Source: Octopus bimaculoides
Taxonomy: Eukaryota
DNA length: 64,000 nt
Direction: 5' to 3'
Assembly (NCBI RefSeq): GCF_001194135.2
Contig: NC_068984.1
Span: forward strand, 11,453,815 to 11,517,814
Under the pieces are notes generated by a model that did not search any database, had not been told where the DNA came from, and worked only from the letters and a program-made list of their open reading frames with translations. The position numbers and the translations under genes were made by a program. How positions within the stretch are numbered: the stretch's first letter is position 1; every line of letters begins with the position of its first letter. Below, in pieces: positions 11,176-24,479 of the stretch.

Positions 11176-11811
11176 GCATTCAATGAAACATATAATATTA
11201 AATATGCTGATCATAAATAAACCTAGAGGTTATATGACAAGTAGAAGGATTGAAGAAGAAAGCATTGTGCTGGAAATTGTTTTTCCATGAATTAAATGCT
11301 TGTAACAGTTAAAAGCTAAACTAACAAAAGTTTGATAATGTTAACTTGAGTATTATTGAGGCAAAAATCTCCCAAACTAACAAGAAGGAATAAAATAGAG
11401 CATTAAAACTGAAATATAAATGTCAGAATGTTGGTGATATTAGCAGGAGTGTAAGCAGAAATCTTTTAATTGAATTTATATTAAATAGACACAGGCGTGA
11501 TTATGTGGCAAGAAGCTTGCGAGGGGTTATCGGTCGGTGGGCGCCAGTGCCCCTCCCATTTCTATTTCATCCTTTTTGTTATCACCTTCATCTCATTAAT
11601 GTCTGTGTCCAGCCAGCAGCTTCTTTATGTTTGTCTGTCCTTGTTTGTCCCCTCTTTGTAAGGCCTTAATGGCCAATATATATGAAATAAAGAAGCTTGC
11701 TTCCTAACCACATGGTTCTGGGTTCAGTCCCACTGCGTGGCACTGAAAGAAGCCCATCGCATGTGTGTGTGTGTGTATGTGTGTGATCACTGCTTGATAA
11801 CTGGTGTTCTG

Positions 11812-12285
11812 ATAATGGACTGAACTGAACCGTAACTAATCTGCACATCCTCTGATAACTCACGGATGGTGATTCGACAATTTCCCCTCACAGCTACACA
11901 CATGTCTGCAATGTTTTCCTCAGTTCTGCTGGTTGCTGGTCTCCTAGAACATTCATCAATGTCAACATATTTTTGAAATGTCTGAACCACTCGTACACTT
12001 GTGTGTGGCTTATACACTCCTCTCCGTACACTTTCTGTAACTTGGTGTAGGCCTCTGAGCAGGTATCACCATGACAACTTTCTCTGTCATGGTCAATGCG
12101 ACAATCACACGTTACACATGTGTCTTCCAAGCACTGCTGCAAACAGCAGAAGTGAGCTAGAACATTAAAACTTCGTGTGAATGCACAGCAGGGTTCAAGG
12201 TTAATCTGTGCCAAGCGGTTTCACTGTATGTGCTTTAACTCCATTACTATAGCAACAGTCCAGATACTTATTGATCAAACTTCGT
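11812..12285 (-). mobile_element. Second mariner fragment (5' end plus HTH), frameshifted
   Basis: Two frames give EAYTKLQKVYGEECISHTQVYEWFRHFKN and DIDECSRRPATSRTEENI...RITIRELSEDVQISYGSVQSII. A TIR-like acgaagtttgatcaataagtatctggact lies on the minus strand at about 12285. Confidence 0.85.
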
Positions 12286-13286
12286 GTGTGTGTGTGTGTG
12301 TGTGTCTCCTTGTCCTGACATCGTATGAATGTTGTAAATGTATGTCATTGATTTTGCAATATTCTATGAAAATATGTCTGGCCATAATGAAATGTTACCT
12401 TGTTCAGAAACAGATAAGGGTTGGTGACGGCAAGGACATCCAACCATTGGAAAATCTGCATCAAATAACTCCATCCAACCCATACAAGGATGGAAAAGTG
12501 GACATTAAAATGATGATGAGGGCAATAATGGTGCTCTAAAATAAACACTGAAAACAATAATTCTTCAATTACTATTGCTAAACCTAATTTTCGTGACTAT
12601 TAAATGAAGAGAGGTGGGGGAGAGGAGAGCTGAGAGAGTGGTGTTGTGTTGAGTGTGCGTGAACCAGAAGATCTGAATGCTTATGTAGTAAAACTTACCA
12701 GCCCCTTATTAGTTTCTTCCTTTCCTTCTCACCCTGAATTTTTTTGGTTTTTTTTTGTTTTTATCCAATAAATGGAGTGTTTTATTTACATAAAAGACTG
12801 AATCCCAATTTGACTGCCACTCTCAAGCCAAACTGGCTGAACGATTTTTTAAACATGCATATTACAAGAAAACAAAGAAAAAAGGGGGGGAGTTAAGCTT
12901 CATCTTTCTTTTTTCGTTTTCTTTGTTTCCTTGTAATTGTAAGTCAATCTTTACATACATTTAAAAAAAAAACCCACTCAATTAAGCTTGGATTCAGAAA
13001 TCGTTAGCAATTGTATTACTGTAATATTTTAAGGGAAACTTATTGCTGAAATGTACAAAATCGCAATAAAAAAAAAGATTTTTCAGTCTCAAAGTGTTCT
13101 TGGTTTGTCACAGTGTCCTTTTGTTTTCGTTTTTTTTTGGGGGGGGGGTGAATGAGACACAGCTTNNNNNNNNNNGTGTCCTTTTGTTTTCGTTTTTTTT
13201 TGGGGGGGGGGTGAATGAGACACAGCTTTATCGTACATTATGTAAACAGTGATGTACTTGTGTTCATATGTATTTATGTTCGTTAG

Positions 13287-13690
13287 CATGTGTGTGTGTG
13301 TGTCTGTATATATGTTTGAATATATGTGTATGTACCTGTATATGTGTATATATGTATATGTATGTGTATATATGTATGTATCTATATGTGTATTTATCTG
13401 TATGTGTGTATATATGCGTATGTATATATATGTGTATCTATGTGTGTATATATGTATCTGTGTGTATATACATGTGTGTATCTATATATGTGTGTATATA
13501 TGTGTATAAATGTGTGTATCTGTGTGTATATACATGTGTGTGTATGTATCTGTATATATATGTGTATGTATGTATCTATCTATCTATATATCTATATATA
13601 TATCTATATATATATATATAAATGTATCTATGTATGTATATACGTGTGTATATCTGTATATGTGTGTGTATGTGTATCTATATATGTGTT
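13287..13690. repeat. Degenerate (TA/TG)n microsatellite, ~400 bp
   Basis: Direct reading. Explains the Cys/Val/Tyr/Ile ORFs. Confidence 0.95.
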
Positions 13691-15109
13691 CACATTTTTT
13701 TTACACACACCAGTCCTCAGTCAAATCGTCCAACCCATGCTAGCATGGAAAGCGGACGTTAAACGATGATGATGATGATGATGACACTGACACACACATA
13801 CACACACCAGTATCAGTTCCTTTGGCAGTTATTTTCCTCTGGCTTTTGCCCTTAGAGCACTTTTCTAAGATTAATATTAAATTTTGATGTGCTTGCCAAA
13901 CATTACCAGACCAAGCTAAAGACACACTAACATGAAGTTAAGTATATGTGTTGTTCCTTTGTTTAAATGGAAGCTTGGCATAACAGACCTAACTTGTTCT
14001 TAGATGCATTTACGCAGTTTTTACGGCAACGGAATTTTAGATTGGGATTTATAAACACAGCTTTGTGGTTAAGAAGCTTGATATGCAACCACATAGTTTC
14101 AGGTTCAGTCTCACTGTGTGGCACCTTGGACAAGCATCATCTACTATAGCCCTGGGCTAACCAATTCCTTATGAATGAATCTGGTAGATTGAAACTGTGT
14201 GGAAGCCCGTGTGGTGTGTATCATGACCACAGGATTGACCAAACTCTCAGATGTTGTTATACATCACTTGTCACAATGCACTTTGCATTGTTTTAGCTTT
14301 TGAATAATTCCACCTCCCTAGTTAGGCAAGCAGAGGCACAGGCATGGCTGTACTTACCAACCACATGGTTCCGGGTTCAGTTCCACTGCATGGCACCTTA
14401 GGCCGACCAAAGCATTGTGAGTGGATTTGATAGATGGAAACTGAAAGAAGCCTGTCATACATGTGTGTTTGTGTGTCTGTGTTTGTTACCACACCATCAC
14501 TTGACAACCGGTGTTGGTGTGTTTACATCCCCGTAACTTAGCGGTTCGGCAAAACAGACTGATAGAATAGAATAAGTACTAGGCTTACAAAGAATAAGTC
14601 CTGAGGTTGATTTGTTCGACTAAATGCGGTGCTCCAGCACGGTCACAGTCAAATGACTGAAACAAATAAAAGAATATATATATGTGTGTGTGTGTGTCGC
14701 CCACCACTGCTTGACTTCTGGTGTTGGTTTGTTTACATCTCCATGAGCTAGCAGTTCAGCATAAAAGATCAATAGGATAAGTGTCAAGCTTTAGAAATAT
14801 ATCAGGGTTGATTTGTTCAACTAAAGTGCTTCAGAGGGGGGGGGGCAGCATGGCTGCAGTCCAATGAGTGAAACAAGTAAAAGAATGTCTTTTACTCTGC
14901 TTATTTTTAATAAATATCAAATGTTCCCTTAACTTTTTACCTGTGCTGTGTATCACCCATAATACCCAGGACATATTTCCCTGGCATCCTTACATCACAT
15001 ATGATACACATTCCCAATATTCTATAAACCACTTGGAACTTATGACAGGAAAGTTTTATATTATTTAGGACATATGAAATAATGACTGACTAAGCATGGC
15101 GGCAAAGAG

Positions 15110-15496
15110 CGGCTGTGTGGTAAGTAGCTTTCTTACCAACCACATGGTTCCAGGTTCATTCCTACTGCGTGGCACCTTGGGTAAGTGTCTTCTACTATAG
15201 CCTCGGGCTGACCAAAGCCTTCTTAGTGGATTTGGTAGACGGAAACTGAAAGAAGCCCGTCGTATATATGTATATATATATATGTATGTGTGTTTGTGTG
15301 TCTGTGTTTGTCCCCCCACCATCGCTTGACAACCGATGCTGGTGTGTTTACGTCCCCGTAATTTAGCGGTTCGGCAAAAAGAGACCAATAGAATAAGTAC
15401 TAGGCTTACAAAAGAGTAAGTGCTGGGGTCGATTTGCTCGACTAAAGGCAGTGCTCCAGCATGGTCGCAGTCAAATGACTGAAACAAGTAAAAGAG
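15110..15496 (+). mobile_element. Near full-length tRNA-derived SINE (most abundant family in the window)
   Basis: A-box-like ggctgtgtgg, B-box-like ggttcattcct, central ggcaccttgggtaagtgtc, tail actgaaacaagtaaaagag. Many partial copies (about 1470, 5270, 14335, 20925, 22120, 35160, 61020). Confidence 0.85.
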
Positions 15497-15615
15497 TATT
15501 ATTTAGGACGTGTGAAATAAAGACTAACTAAGCATGGATGCAAAGAGTTAATGAATTATTATTTAATCAAAAATAATATTATTTATTTAAGAACTATTTT
15601 TTAATCAATTTTCAG

Positions 15616-15729
15616 GATTATTGCTATAGATATCGCTGTGCAGCTCGAAGTGAGAACACTCCTGATTCATCTGCCTCCAATTTGGGCTTCCGCTGTGCCA
15701 CTTCTAAACTCCCTGCGATGCCGCCATAA
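15616..15729 (+). CDS. SUMF1: SUMF1 terminal coding exon
   Basis: tttcag|GAT TAT TGC... encodes [37 protein letters not shown]. Carries the second catalytic Cys and the NLGFRC motif. Confidence 0.96.
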   Translation, partial: DYCYRYRCAARSENTPDSSASNLGFRCATSKLPAMPP

Positions 15730-15773
15730 AATTATTTCCTGTTATTATTTCACTGTTTTAATTATTTTTCCTA

Positions 15774-15846
15774 AATAAATAAATTTCTTTATATTATTTA
15801 AAATAAAATACAACCTAATATTTTTCATCTATTTGTTGTAAATAAA
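15774..15846 (+). terminator. Cluster of AATAAA polyadenylation signals for SUMF1
   Basis: Several AATAAA within about 120 nt of the stop codon. The site actually used is unknown. Confidence 0.55.
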
Positions 15847-16429
15847 TATGTCTGTCTTTCCCATGATTCTCAGTTTTTGTATGCACAGTAATGCGGTGTG
15901 GAAAGAAGATTTGCTTGTAGAAGCAAAAACATAATTTGAGAACAAAAAAAAAGCAATGTTTTCCTTTTAATGATGGTCCAGATCATATGGGAAAGCGAAT
16001 ATATGATGATGACAATGACGACAGTGGGGGGGGGGGTAATTTTGCCCAAAATGATGCCTGTCAAGCTCTCGTTAACATATAATAATTCTAGTGAAACATG
16101 TGACAGTTGTAAACAAGCTGATGTTTATTTCCAATCTGTGAAATGTCTGACTATGCAGAAACATTACCTTACTTGGAAATAGATAAGTGTTGGCAACAGG
16201 AAGGACATCTGTCCATAGAAAATCTGCCTCGACATTTTTACCTAATCCATGCTAGCATGGAGAAATGGATGTTAAAATCATGATGATGATGAACCATTTA
16301 CATAGCACTGATAGAAAGGTTTACAAAATGATCTATTGTAACATATGTAAATATTGATCTTTGTTAAATTCAAATTACGACAAACATAAACAAACAAGCG
16401 AAGCTTGCTTTTAGAAGCGTTGAGATGTC

Positions 16430-16764
16430 TTTTTTATAGAAAGTTAAAGAAGTGATGTTTAAATTCTCAATCGCAGAATAATGCTAATAATATAGCCTGA
16501 ACAGGATAAACTATCCCTATTTTTGCAGAGAAAAGTGTAGGTGGCCAATATCTTAATTTGCAGAGGAATTTGTGGTGGTGAGTTTAGCTTAATTGGCAAA
16601 AGCATCGTCACATGTAATGACGGGGATGTGAGTTCGAGTCCACAGCTGGCCACCTACACTTTTCTCTGCAAAAATAGGGATAGTTTATCCTGTTCAGGCT
16701 ATATTATTAGCATTATTCTGCGATTGAGAATTTAGACATCACTTCTTTAACTTTCTATAAAAAA
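16430..16764. repeat. 118-bp inverted repeat (117/118 identical) with a 99-bp spacer
   Basis: 16430-16547 equals the reverse complement of 16647-16764 except one C/T. The two ORFs here share an identical C-terminus on opposite strands. Confidence 0.95.
16578..16651 (+). tRNA. tRNA-Thr(TGT)-like sequence, probably pseudo
   Basis: D-stem GCTT/AAGC, anticodon stem CGTCA/TGACG with loop CATGTAA, T-loop TTCGAGT, TTTT at 16660-16663. Defects: A at position 33, one base missing in the T-stem, G.G mismatch in the acceptor stem. Confidence 0.6.
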
Positions 16765-16889
16765 TTGATCTTTGTAATCATAGGTAAAACATAGCTGGGG
16801 AATATTTTATTAAAAAACAGTTGTTAGTAATCCTCATCATCATCATTATTTTTACTTTTATTTTTCATGCTGGCATGGATTGTATAGAT

Positions 16890-17253
16890 CAGTGGTTCTC
16901 AAACAGTATCCATGTGACCCCTGGGGTCCATATAAAATTTTATGAGATCCAGGCAGGCAAAATAGTAAAGTAAGGATCTACAATAATATTTTAAGGCTTC
17001 ATGAATAAATTTTGCTTTAGTTATATTTATTGCAAGAACCAGCTAGGTTTCTTTATTTAGTTCAACATGTTTTGGCCACTGAAATGTGTTTCTCTCGGAA
17101 AGTGCTATTGCAATCCTACATAAGTGAACATGTGAAAAATAAAATAGGAATTTTGTAGTATTTATAAAACTAGTTTTAAAACATGGATTGGCTATGGGGT
17201 TCCACCAGAGTAATCGAAGGGGTCCATAGGCAAAAAATGGTTGAGAACCTCTG
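16890..17253. mobile_element. hAT (Charlie-like) MITE
   Basis: TIRs CAGTGGTTCTCAA / TTGAGAACCTCTG. 8-bp TSD GTATAGAT (16882-16889) / GTATAAAT (17254-17261). Confidence 0.88.
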
Positions 17254-18039
17254 GTATAAATCATCATGTTTCTGAATTGTAAATAACATGGAAATGAAAA
17301 ATCAGTAGAACATAAATTCTGGATCTATTTTAGATTAGATTAAATGTATATTCAAATCCATAATTCAGTGGTAAATGTTTGCCTACCACACTAGAATAAT
17401 TATGTCAGATTTCTGGTTGATGCATTGTAAAATGAATTTTTTTTTTTTTTGTGATCTCCTTACAAGACTACGTAGGGTTTATTTTTAAAAGAACATCCTT
17501 TTCTGAATTAAGCTTACTACTATAGGAAATTAAAAGATTTGTTCGGGGAGATAAACTCTATAATGAATTATAGATAATTTTTTTAATTTCTATTTCCTTT
17601 ATATAGACCACTTCCTATAATAATACAATATGAGGTTTGTGAATATAGAATGAAATGTATGAATACAGGACAATGTTTGTGAACAGAGGGCAGAAGTGAG
17701 TCGGAATATAACCATCAAGTGGTACAATTATACTCAAGCATGGGAAGACCTTCACTGATCACAATGCATTTTGCATCAATTTACCTTTCGTATGATGCCA
17801 CTTCACTGGCTAAACAAGCAAGCTAACATTCCCCCCAATCGGAATGCTGGTCCATCAGAGGGCTACTTATTTCCAGCTGAGTAGATGGGAGCAATGTGAA
17901 ATTAAGTGTTTTGCTCGAGAACACAATACACTGCTTGGTCTGAGAATTAAACCCACAATCTTGTGATCCTGAGTGCAACACCTTAACCCACTAGGCCACA
18001 AGCCGTCATACACACATACACACACATATAAATTAGTAG

Positions 18040-18312
18040 TAGTGCCCCTGGACTGGCTCTTGTGTGGGTGGCACATAAAATACACCATTTTGAGTGTGGC
18101 CGTTGCCAGTACCGCCTGACTGGCCTCGTGCGGGTGGCACGTAAAAGCACCCACTACACTCTCTGAGTGGTTGGCGTTAGGAAGGGCATCCAGCTGTAGA
18201 AACTCTGCCAAATCAGATTGGAGCCTGGTGTTGCCATCCGGTTTCACCGGTCCTCAGTCAAATCGTCCAACCCATGCTAGCATGGAAAGCGGACGTTAAA
18301 CGATGATGATGA
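18040..18312 (+). mobile_element. Young RTE-type/SINE 3' end with (GAT)n tail
   Basis: CpGs intact. Nearly identical to the reverse complement of 52604-52880. Confidence 0.85.
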
Positions 18313-21300
18313 AGATGTGGATTCAAAGAATTGCAGCTATTACAGAGAGCTCCCCTTATGAACTCGACTATCAGTCTACATAATAATCAATTATAAAAAA
18401 AAGTAATGTAGAGTGTCCATATTACTAAAAATGCAGAAAATCCATAAAATCTAATCGATGAAATTATTTCATGAGGAATATATAAAACCATGCATATGGT
18501 TACGTGTGTGTGTGCATGCATACATACGTGCATGCGTGTGTGCGGTATCAGCTTACACTTTTCTGCTTTTATATTCTTTAACCATCAACCATAAACACAA
18601 ATTGTTTTATTCTGTGTTTATGTGAATTTGAGTATCCAGTTTAGCCCTGTTGACATCAATTCACATGAAACGGTAATTTAACCCTTTTTAATAGCAACCC
18701 ATCTGGGATCACCCTTGGTTCTATGATACTCATTCTTGTTTCAAAGTGATCTAAATTAAAGGCCTTCTATTAAGATTTCACGTTAATTTATGTTCCAAAC
18801 ACTAAATTAATGATCCTTTTCACTACAGGCACAAGGACTGAAATTTTGGGGGAAGGGATTATTTGATAACATTAACCCCAGAATTCAACTGGTACTTATT
18901 TCATTGACCCCAAAAGGATGAAAGGCAAAATCAGCATTTCGCCCATCCTGAATTGACTTTATCAGTCACTTTTCACTGAACTACTAGGTTACAGGGATGT
19001 GAACAGAAACACAAAGATACACAGACACATGCAATATGGGCTTCCATATAGTTTCCATCTACCAGATTCATTCACAAGGCATTGGTTGATCCAAGGTTCG
19101 GTTATGGCGATGAGGATTCCAGTTGATCCAATCAATGGAACACCCTGCTTGTGAAATTAATGTGCAAGTGGCTGAGTACTCCACAGACACATGTTCCCTT
19201 AATGTAGTTGTTAGGGAGATTCAGCATGACATAGAATGTGACAAGGCAGGTTCTTTGAATTGCAAGTACAACTCATTTTTGTCAGCTGGATGGGCTGCAG
19301 TAATGTGAAATAAAAAGTCTTGTTCAAGGACACAACGTGCCTCCAGGTGTTGAACTCACAACCTTATGATTATGAGCCGAATGTCCTAACCACTAAACCA
19401 CATGCCTTCACACTGTAGAGTATAACACTTGCCTAAGTTGCATGTGGTAGGACTTGGGCAAGGGAGGAGGAAGAGGAAGAGGAGGAGGAGAAGAAGAAGA
19501 AGAAGAAGAAGAAGAATCAACTGCAGTACTGGACTGTTTTATTTATCTACCATGGAAGGATGAAAGGTGAAGTTGACCTTGGCAGGATTTGAAATCAGAG
19601 CCCATATTTAATGGAGCAAATACCCCCGCCCAAACATCCTTACTGCCTGCCTCTACCAATTCACTCTGTATTCTAAGTGCCTGTCCTTGAACACATCAGT
19701 TCCTGTCAAACTATCTGACCCATGCCTGCATGGAACATGGATGTGAAATGATAGTGATAGCAGTAGAATGATTTTGTCTTTATCAAACAGATTTTCTCTT
19801 CTTTTTCTTTTTTTTTAATTAAAACCCTGAATAAATTTAGGGAAATACAAGACAAAATTCTATGGAAACTAATTTGCAAATGTCATTCACTACATTTTTG
19901 AAATCCAGTTCCTGGTGTGTTGTATACTTAACGAATGTTCATGAATATTTAACAAAGAAAAAGAAAAACTGTATCTAATTTATTGGATAAACAGCACTAA
20001 TTATATTAGATGTATTGTGTATTACAAAATTTACGAAATAAATATTAATATTTATATAAATATTTATGTGCCATAAAACTAACTAAATGTGTGTTTGAGT
20101 ATGTGAGTATTGGAGGAGACAACAAGTGAAAGATTTAAAATTATTACTACTATTTATCATCATCATCATCATCGTCATCGTCGTCATTATCATCATCATC
20201 ATCATCATTGTCATAACCATTTTAATGCCTGCTTTTCCATGCTTGCATAGATCAGCCAGAATTTGTTGATGCTCTTCCTGTCACCAACCCTCACTGTTTC
20301 TAAGTAAGGTAATATCTCTCCATGTTAAGGTGGTGAGCTGGCAGAATTGTTAGCACACTGGCAAAATGCTTAGCAACATTTCATTCCAAGTTCAAATTCC
20401 AATGAGACCAACTTGATCTTTCATCCTTTTGGGGTTGATAAAATAGTCCCACTTGAGCACTGGGGTCAATATTATAATTGACATACCCCCTCCCCTTGGA
20501 CCAAAATTTGAAATCATCAATTCTCTTTGTCTGGACAGTGGAGTTTCAGTATCCTCATCTTATTGTCTGACGATGGAAGAGTTCATAATAATATATGATG
20601 GGCTTCTTTCAGTTTCCATCGCCTGAATCCATTCACAAGGCTCTGGTTGGCCCAGAACTAAAGTAGAAGACACTTGCCCAAGATACCACACAGTGGGACT
20701 GAACCTGAAACAATATGGTTGGGAGGAAAATTTCTTAACCACACGGCTATGCTACTGTTATAGAAAATGTTTATTTCCATTTTTGTGTTTTTTACACAAT
20801 ATAAAAAGACAATAAATATATTCGGGAAAAAGGCAAAAATATGACAAGCCATTTTCAACAGTGCTTTATAAGTCTATAACTAGATTATGTAGAGATATGG
20901 GTGTGTGCTGAGAAGTTAGATGCAGGTGTAGCTGTGTGGTAAGAATCTTGCTTCCTAATCATATGGACCTAGGTTCAGTCCCAATGCACAGCACCTTGGG
21001 CAAGTGTCTTCTACTATAACTTCAGGCCAACCAAAGCCTTGTCAGTAGATTTGACAGACAGAGACTGAAAGAAGCCCATGATGTGTGTGTGTGTGTTTGT
21101 ATATTGTGCTGGTAGTTAGGATAAATCCCAGCTGTTTCCTCTTAAAGCACATCTACTTATTCCTTTATTACAATCCAGTATGTAGTATCAGTTACTGCTG
21201 CATGTTAGTTAAGAATACGTGTTAAAATTGAGTATTATGGAAATATTATTTGCAGAGCTATTGTATAACAAACAAGTAAGTTGAAAAATCTTTTTGTATT

Positions 21301-22119
21301 ATTTATTCACCATTACACATATTTCATTTGCTAATAGGAATTACTAAGTTTTACATGTTAGGTAGACATGTAAGGAATTTCCTATTAGTAATTCTACATA
21401 TATATCTATGTGTGTGACATTTTGTCTATGTTTGTCCATCCACCACCACCACCACCACCACCACTTGACAACTGGTGTTGGAGTATTTACATTCCTGTAA
21501 CTTAGCGTTTTGGCAAAAGAGACTGATACAATAAGTCCCAGTCTTAAAAAAAAAAAACAAGTACTGGAGTTGATTTAGTTGACTAAAAAAATTCTTTAAG
21601 GTGGTGCCCCAGCATGGTGCTCCAGCATGACTGAAACAAATAAAAAAATAAAACATAAATAAAACATAAATAGAAATAATGAGTTCATCAATAAAATTGT
21701 TTGTAAAAGGGCTTTTATTTATTTATAACTAAGTTGTTGATCTGGATTGTATATTGATTAAAAGGTTGGCATTTCAAATGAGAAGTACCTCTCCTATTTT
21801 ACAGTTCAATAAACAGTTGTAAGAATAGGTTGGCAATTTTAAAAGCAGCTACTTCAACTATATTTTTCTCCTTTACCATGTAATATGCAAATGTATACAA
21901 GTAATATGTCACCAAGAAGGGTAAATAAATTGTTTATTCTAAGCATGTAAATGACAAAAGTTAACCATTGACATATGTAATACAGTTCTATATTTAAGAG
22001 ATGAGGAATTATGTACATTATTCACATTATTTACATTTGACAGATATTTGTCCTCATCTTGTTTGTTGTTAACACAATATTTCGGCTGATATATCCTCCA
22101 GCTTTCATCAGGTGTCTTA

Positions 22120-22665
22120 CTCTTTTACTCTTTTACTTGTTTCAGTCATTTGACTGCAGCCATGCTGGAGCACCACCTTTAGTCGAGCAAATCCACCCCA
22201 GAACTTATTCTTTGTAAGCCTAGTACTTATTCTATCGGTCGCTTTTGCCAAACCGCTAAGTTACGGGGACATAAACACACCACCATCGGTTGTCAAGCGA
22301 TAATGGGGGGACAAACACAGACACACNNNNNNNNNNNNNNNNNNNNNNNNNNNNNNNNNNNNNNNNNNNNNNNNNNNNNNNNNNNNNNNNNNNNNNNNNN
22401 NNNNNNNNNNNNNNNNNNNNNNNNNNNNNNNNNNNNNNNNNNNNNNNNNNNNNNNNNNNNNNNNNNNNNNNNNNNATATATATATATATATATACATATG
22501 ACAGGCTTCCTTCAGTTTCCGTTTACCAAATCCACTCACAAGGCTTTGGTCGGCTTGAGGCTATAGCAGAAGACACTTGCCAAAGGTGTCACTCAGTGAG
22601 ATTGAACCCAGAGCCAAGTGGTTGAGAAACAAGTTTCTTACCACACAGCCATGCCTGCACCTATA
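22120..22665 (-). mobile_element. tRNA-derived SINE, full length, spanning gap 22327-22475
   Basis: Reverse complement of the 15110-15496 family from tail to head. Confidence 0.8.
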
Positions 22666-24479
22666 TTCAATAAAATAGTATTGATTAACATCACAAGTCA
22701 CACATTTCTTCCTATATTAAATTTAAAAGGAATTTTGACAAGCTGATTGTCTCCATACAATTCACAGTTTAGCAACTAATTCTGCTAAGAATTCAAAAGA
22801 AGTGCATCAGATTAAAACACAGACTACAAATATTTCATAATAAGCTGAAGTTTGTTATGTAATAAATAATAGACATAAAGTGGACTTAGCTAATTTTCAC
22901 TTCTTTGATACCTCACTGTAGTTTACATTGTTGTAGAAAATAACTTTAATTACCAACTGGAATTTCAGGTTATCATTCATATCGTAATGACATTTTGATC
23001 AGGATTTTAATTAATAAAAGAAAATTTAGTTCAAGGTTAATTAGCACTGCAACATTCTGCACGCTTAGAATATATGATCCTGTCAAGATATTCTTTGCAC
23101 TCAATTATCCACTTCCACACAGTAGCCTAAGATCAACTTGTGGCATAGAAACCAGTTTCTTGTGAATGGCATCCTTTTGTGTCAACTTCTTGCTAAACAT
23201 AAGTCTATAGCTCAATTTCAATTTTAAAATAATTGTTTCAGTTGCCTTGAAGGTGTCACTTTTATTTTTGCTGTATCCTATGTTAATGAAAAAAGCTACT
23301 GTAAGCATTATGATACTTTAGTTTGAGGTTTTGAGGTGTTTAGAACAGCTCCTCAATCTCTTGCTGGAATGCTTTTAATTGTTTTTGATGTGAGTCTTTT
23401 GATTAAGTTTGGGATGAAAGATTTTAGAACCAAATACTTTATCCCACCCATTTTCAGTTAAAGGAATGTACCCTTTAGATTAACTTTCTTTTGGTAGAGA
23501 TTAATCTAACAAAACATTTCGAAGATATTTTGTCATAAACCATATATTTTCCCTTAGAGTTAAACAAGTCTTTTTGGAAAATGAAGCATGAGAATTCTTC
23601 CCAAATAGTTCACATTTGGAAAAGCTGCAACCAGGAAGGCTTTTAGTATTGAAAAGGAAGAGTAGAGAGCAAACGTTGTACTCAAAGGGTACTCTTGATT
23701 TAGAATCTGTAACCTTTGGTCTTTCTCTCCTTGTCACCATTCTATGTTGTTTGTTTGGGAATCCCCTCGATTTCGTGACATTCCAATTTCATGTGTAACG
23801 TTNNNNNNNNNNNNNNNNNNNNNNNNNNNNNNNNNNNNNNNNNNNNNNNNNNNNNNNNNNNNNNNNNNNNNNNNNNNNNNNNNNNNNNNNNNNNNNNNNN
23901 NNNNNNNNNNNNNNNNNNNNNNNNNNNNNNNNNNNNNNNNNNNNNNNNNNNNNNNNNNNNNNNNNNNNNNNNNNNNNNNNNNNNNNNNNNNNNNNNNNNN
24001 NNNNNNNNNNNNNNNNNNNNNNNNNNNNNNNNNNNNNNNNNNNNNNNNNNNNNNNNNNNNNNNNNNNNNNNNNNNNNNNNNNNNNNNNNNNNNNNNNNNN
24101 NNNNNNNNNNNNNNNNNNNNNNNNNNNNNNNNNNNNNNNNNNNNNNNNNNNNNNNNNNNNNNNNNNNNNNNNNNNNNNNNNNNNNNNNNNNNNNNNNNNN
24201 NNNNNGTTGATAACCGACATGTTATTTTAATAATTCAATCATTAATCTAAGAATCGATTCAGTTTAAATGTTACTTTATTTCGTCATTAATTCATACGAT
24301 TAAACATTTATCTGTATTTCAATACATGGATCACTTGAAATTACAATTTTAACAAGCGAATAAATATTTATTTTTGAAAGAATTCCAACTCCACCCTCAA
24401 CAACAAAAATACGTATCAAAGGAAGGAAAAGAGAAATGTTCATATTATCAGCTACCATAACAGACATAACTAATTGATA

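Noticed and set aside
13107-13235. Direct duplication across the 10-N gap
   Set aside because: Typical unmerged contig overlap, an assembly artefact.
13249-13769. Long Cys/Val/Tyr/Ile ORFs
   Set aside because: Microsatellite translations.
23100-23802. Minus-strand ORFs upstream of ARGLU1 (possible divergent gene)
   Set aside because: No recognisable domain, stops in all frames, no consistent splice pattern. Possibly a decayed element, and the adjacent gap limits judgement.
1149-24250. ORFs spanning N-runs
   Set aside because: Artefacts of gaps and flanking TA repeats.
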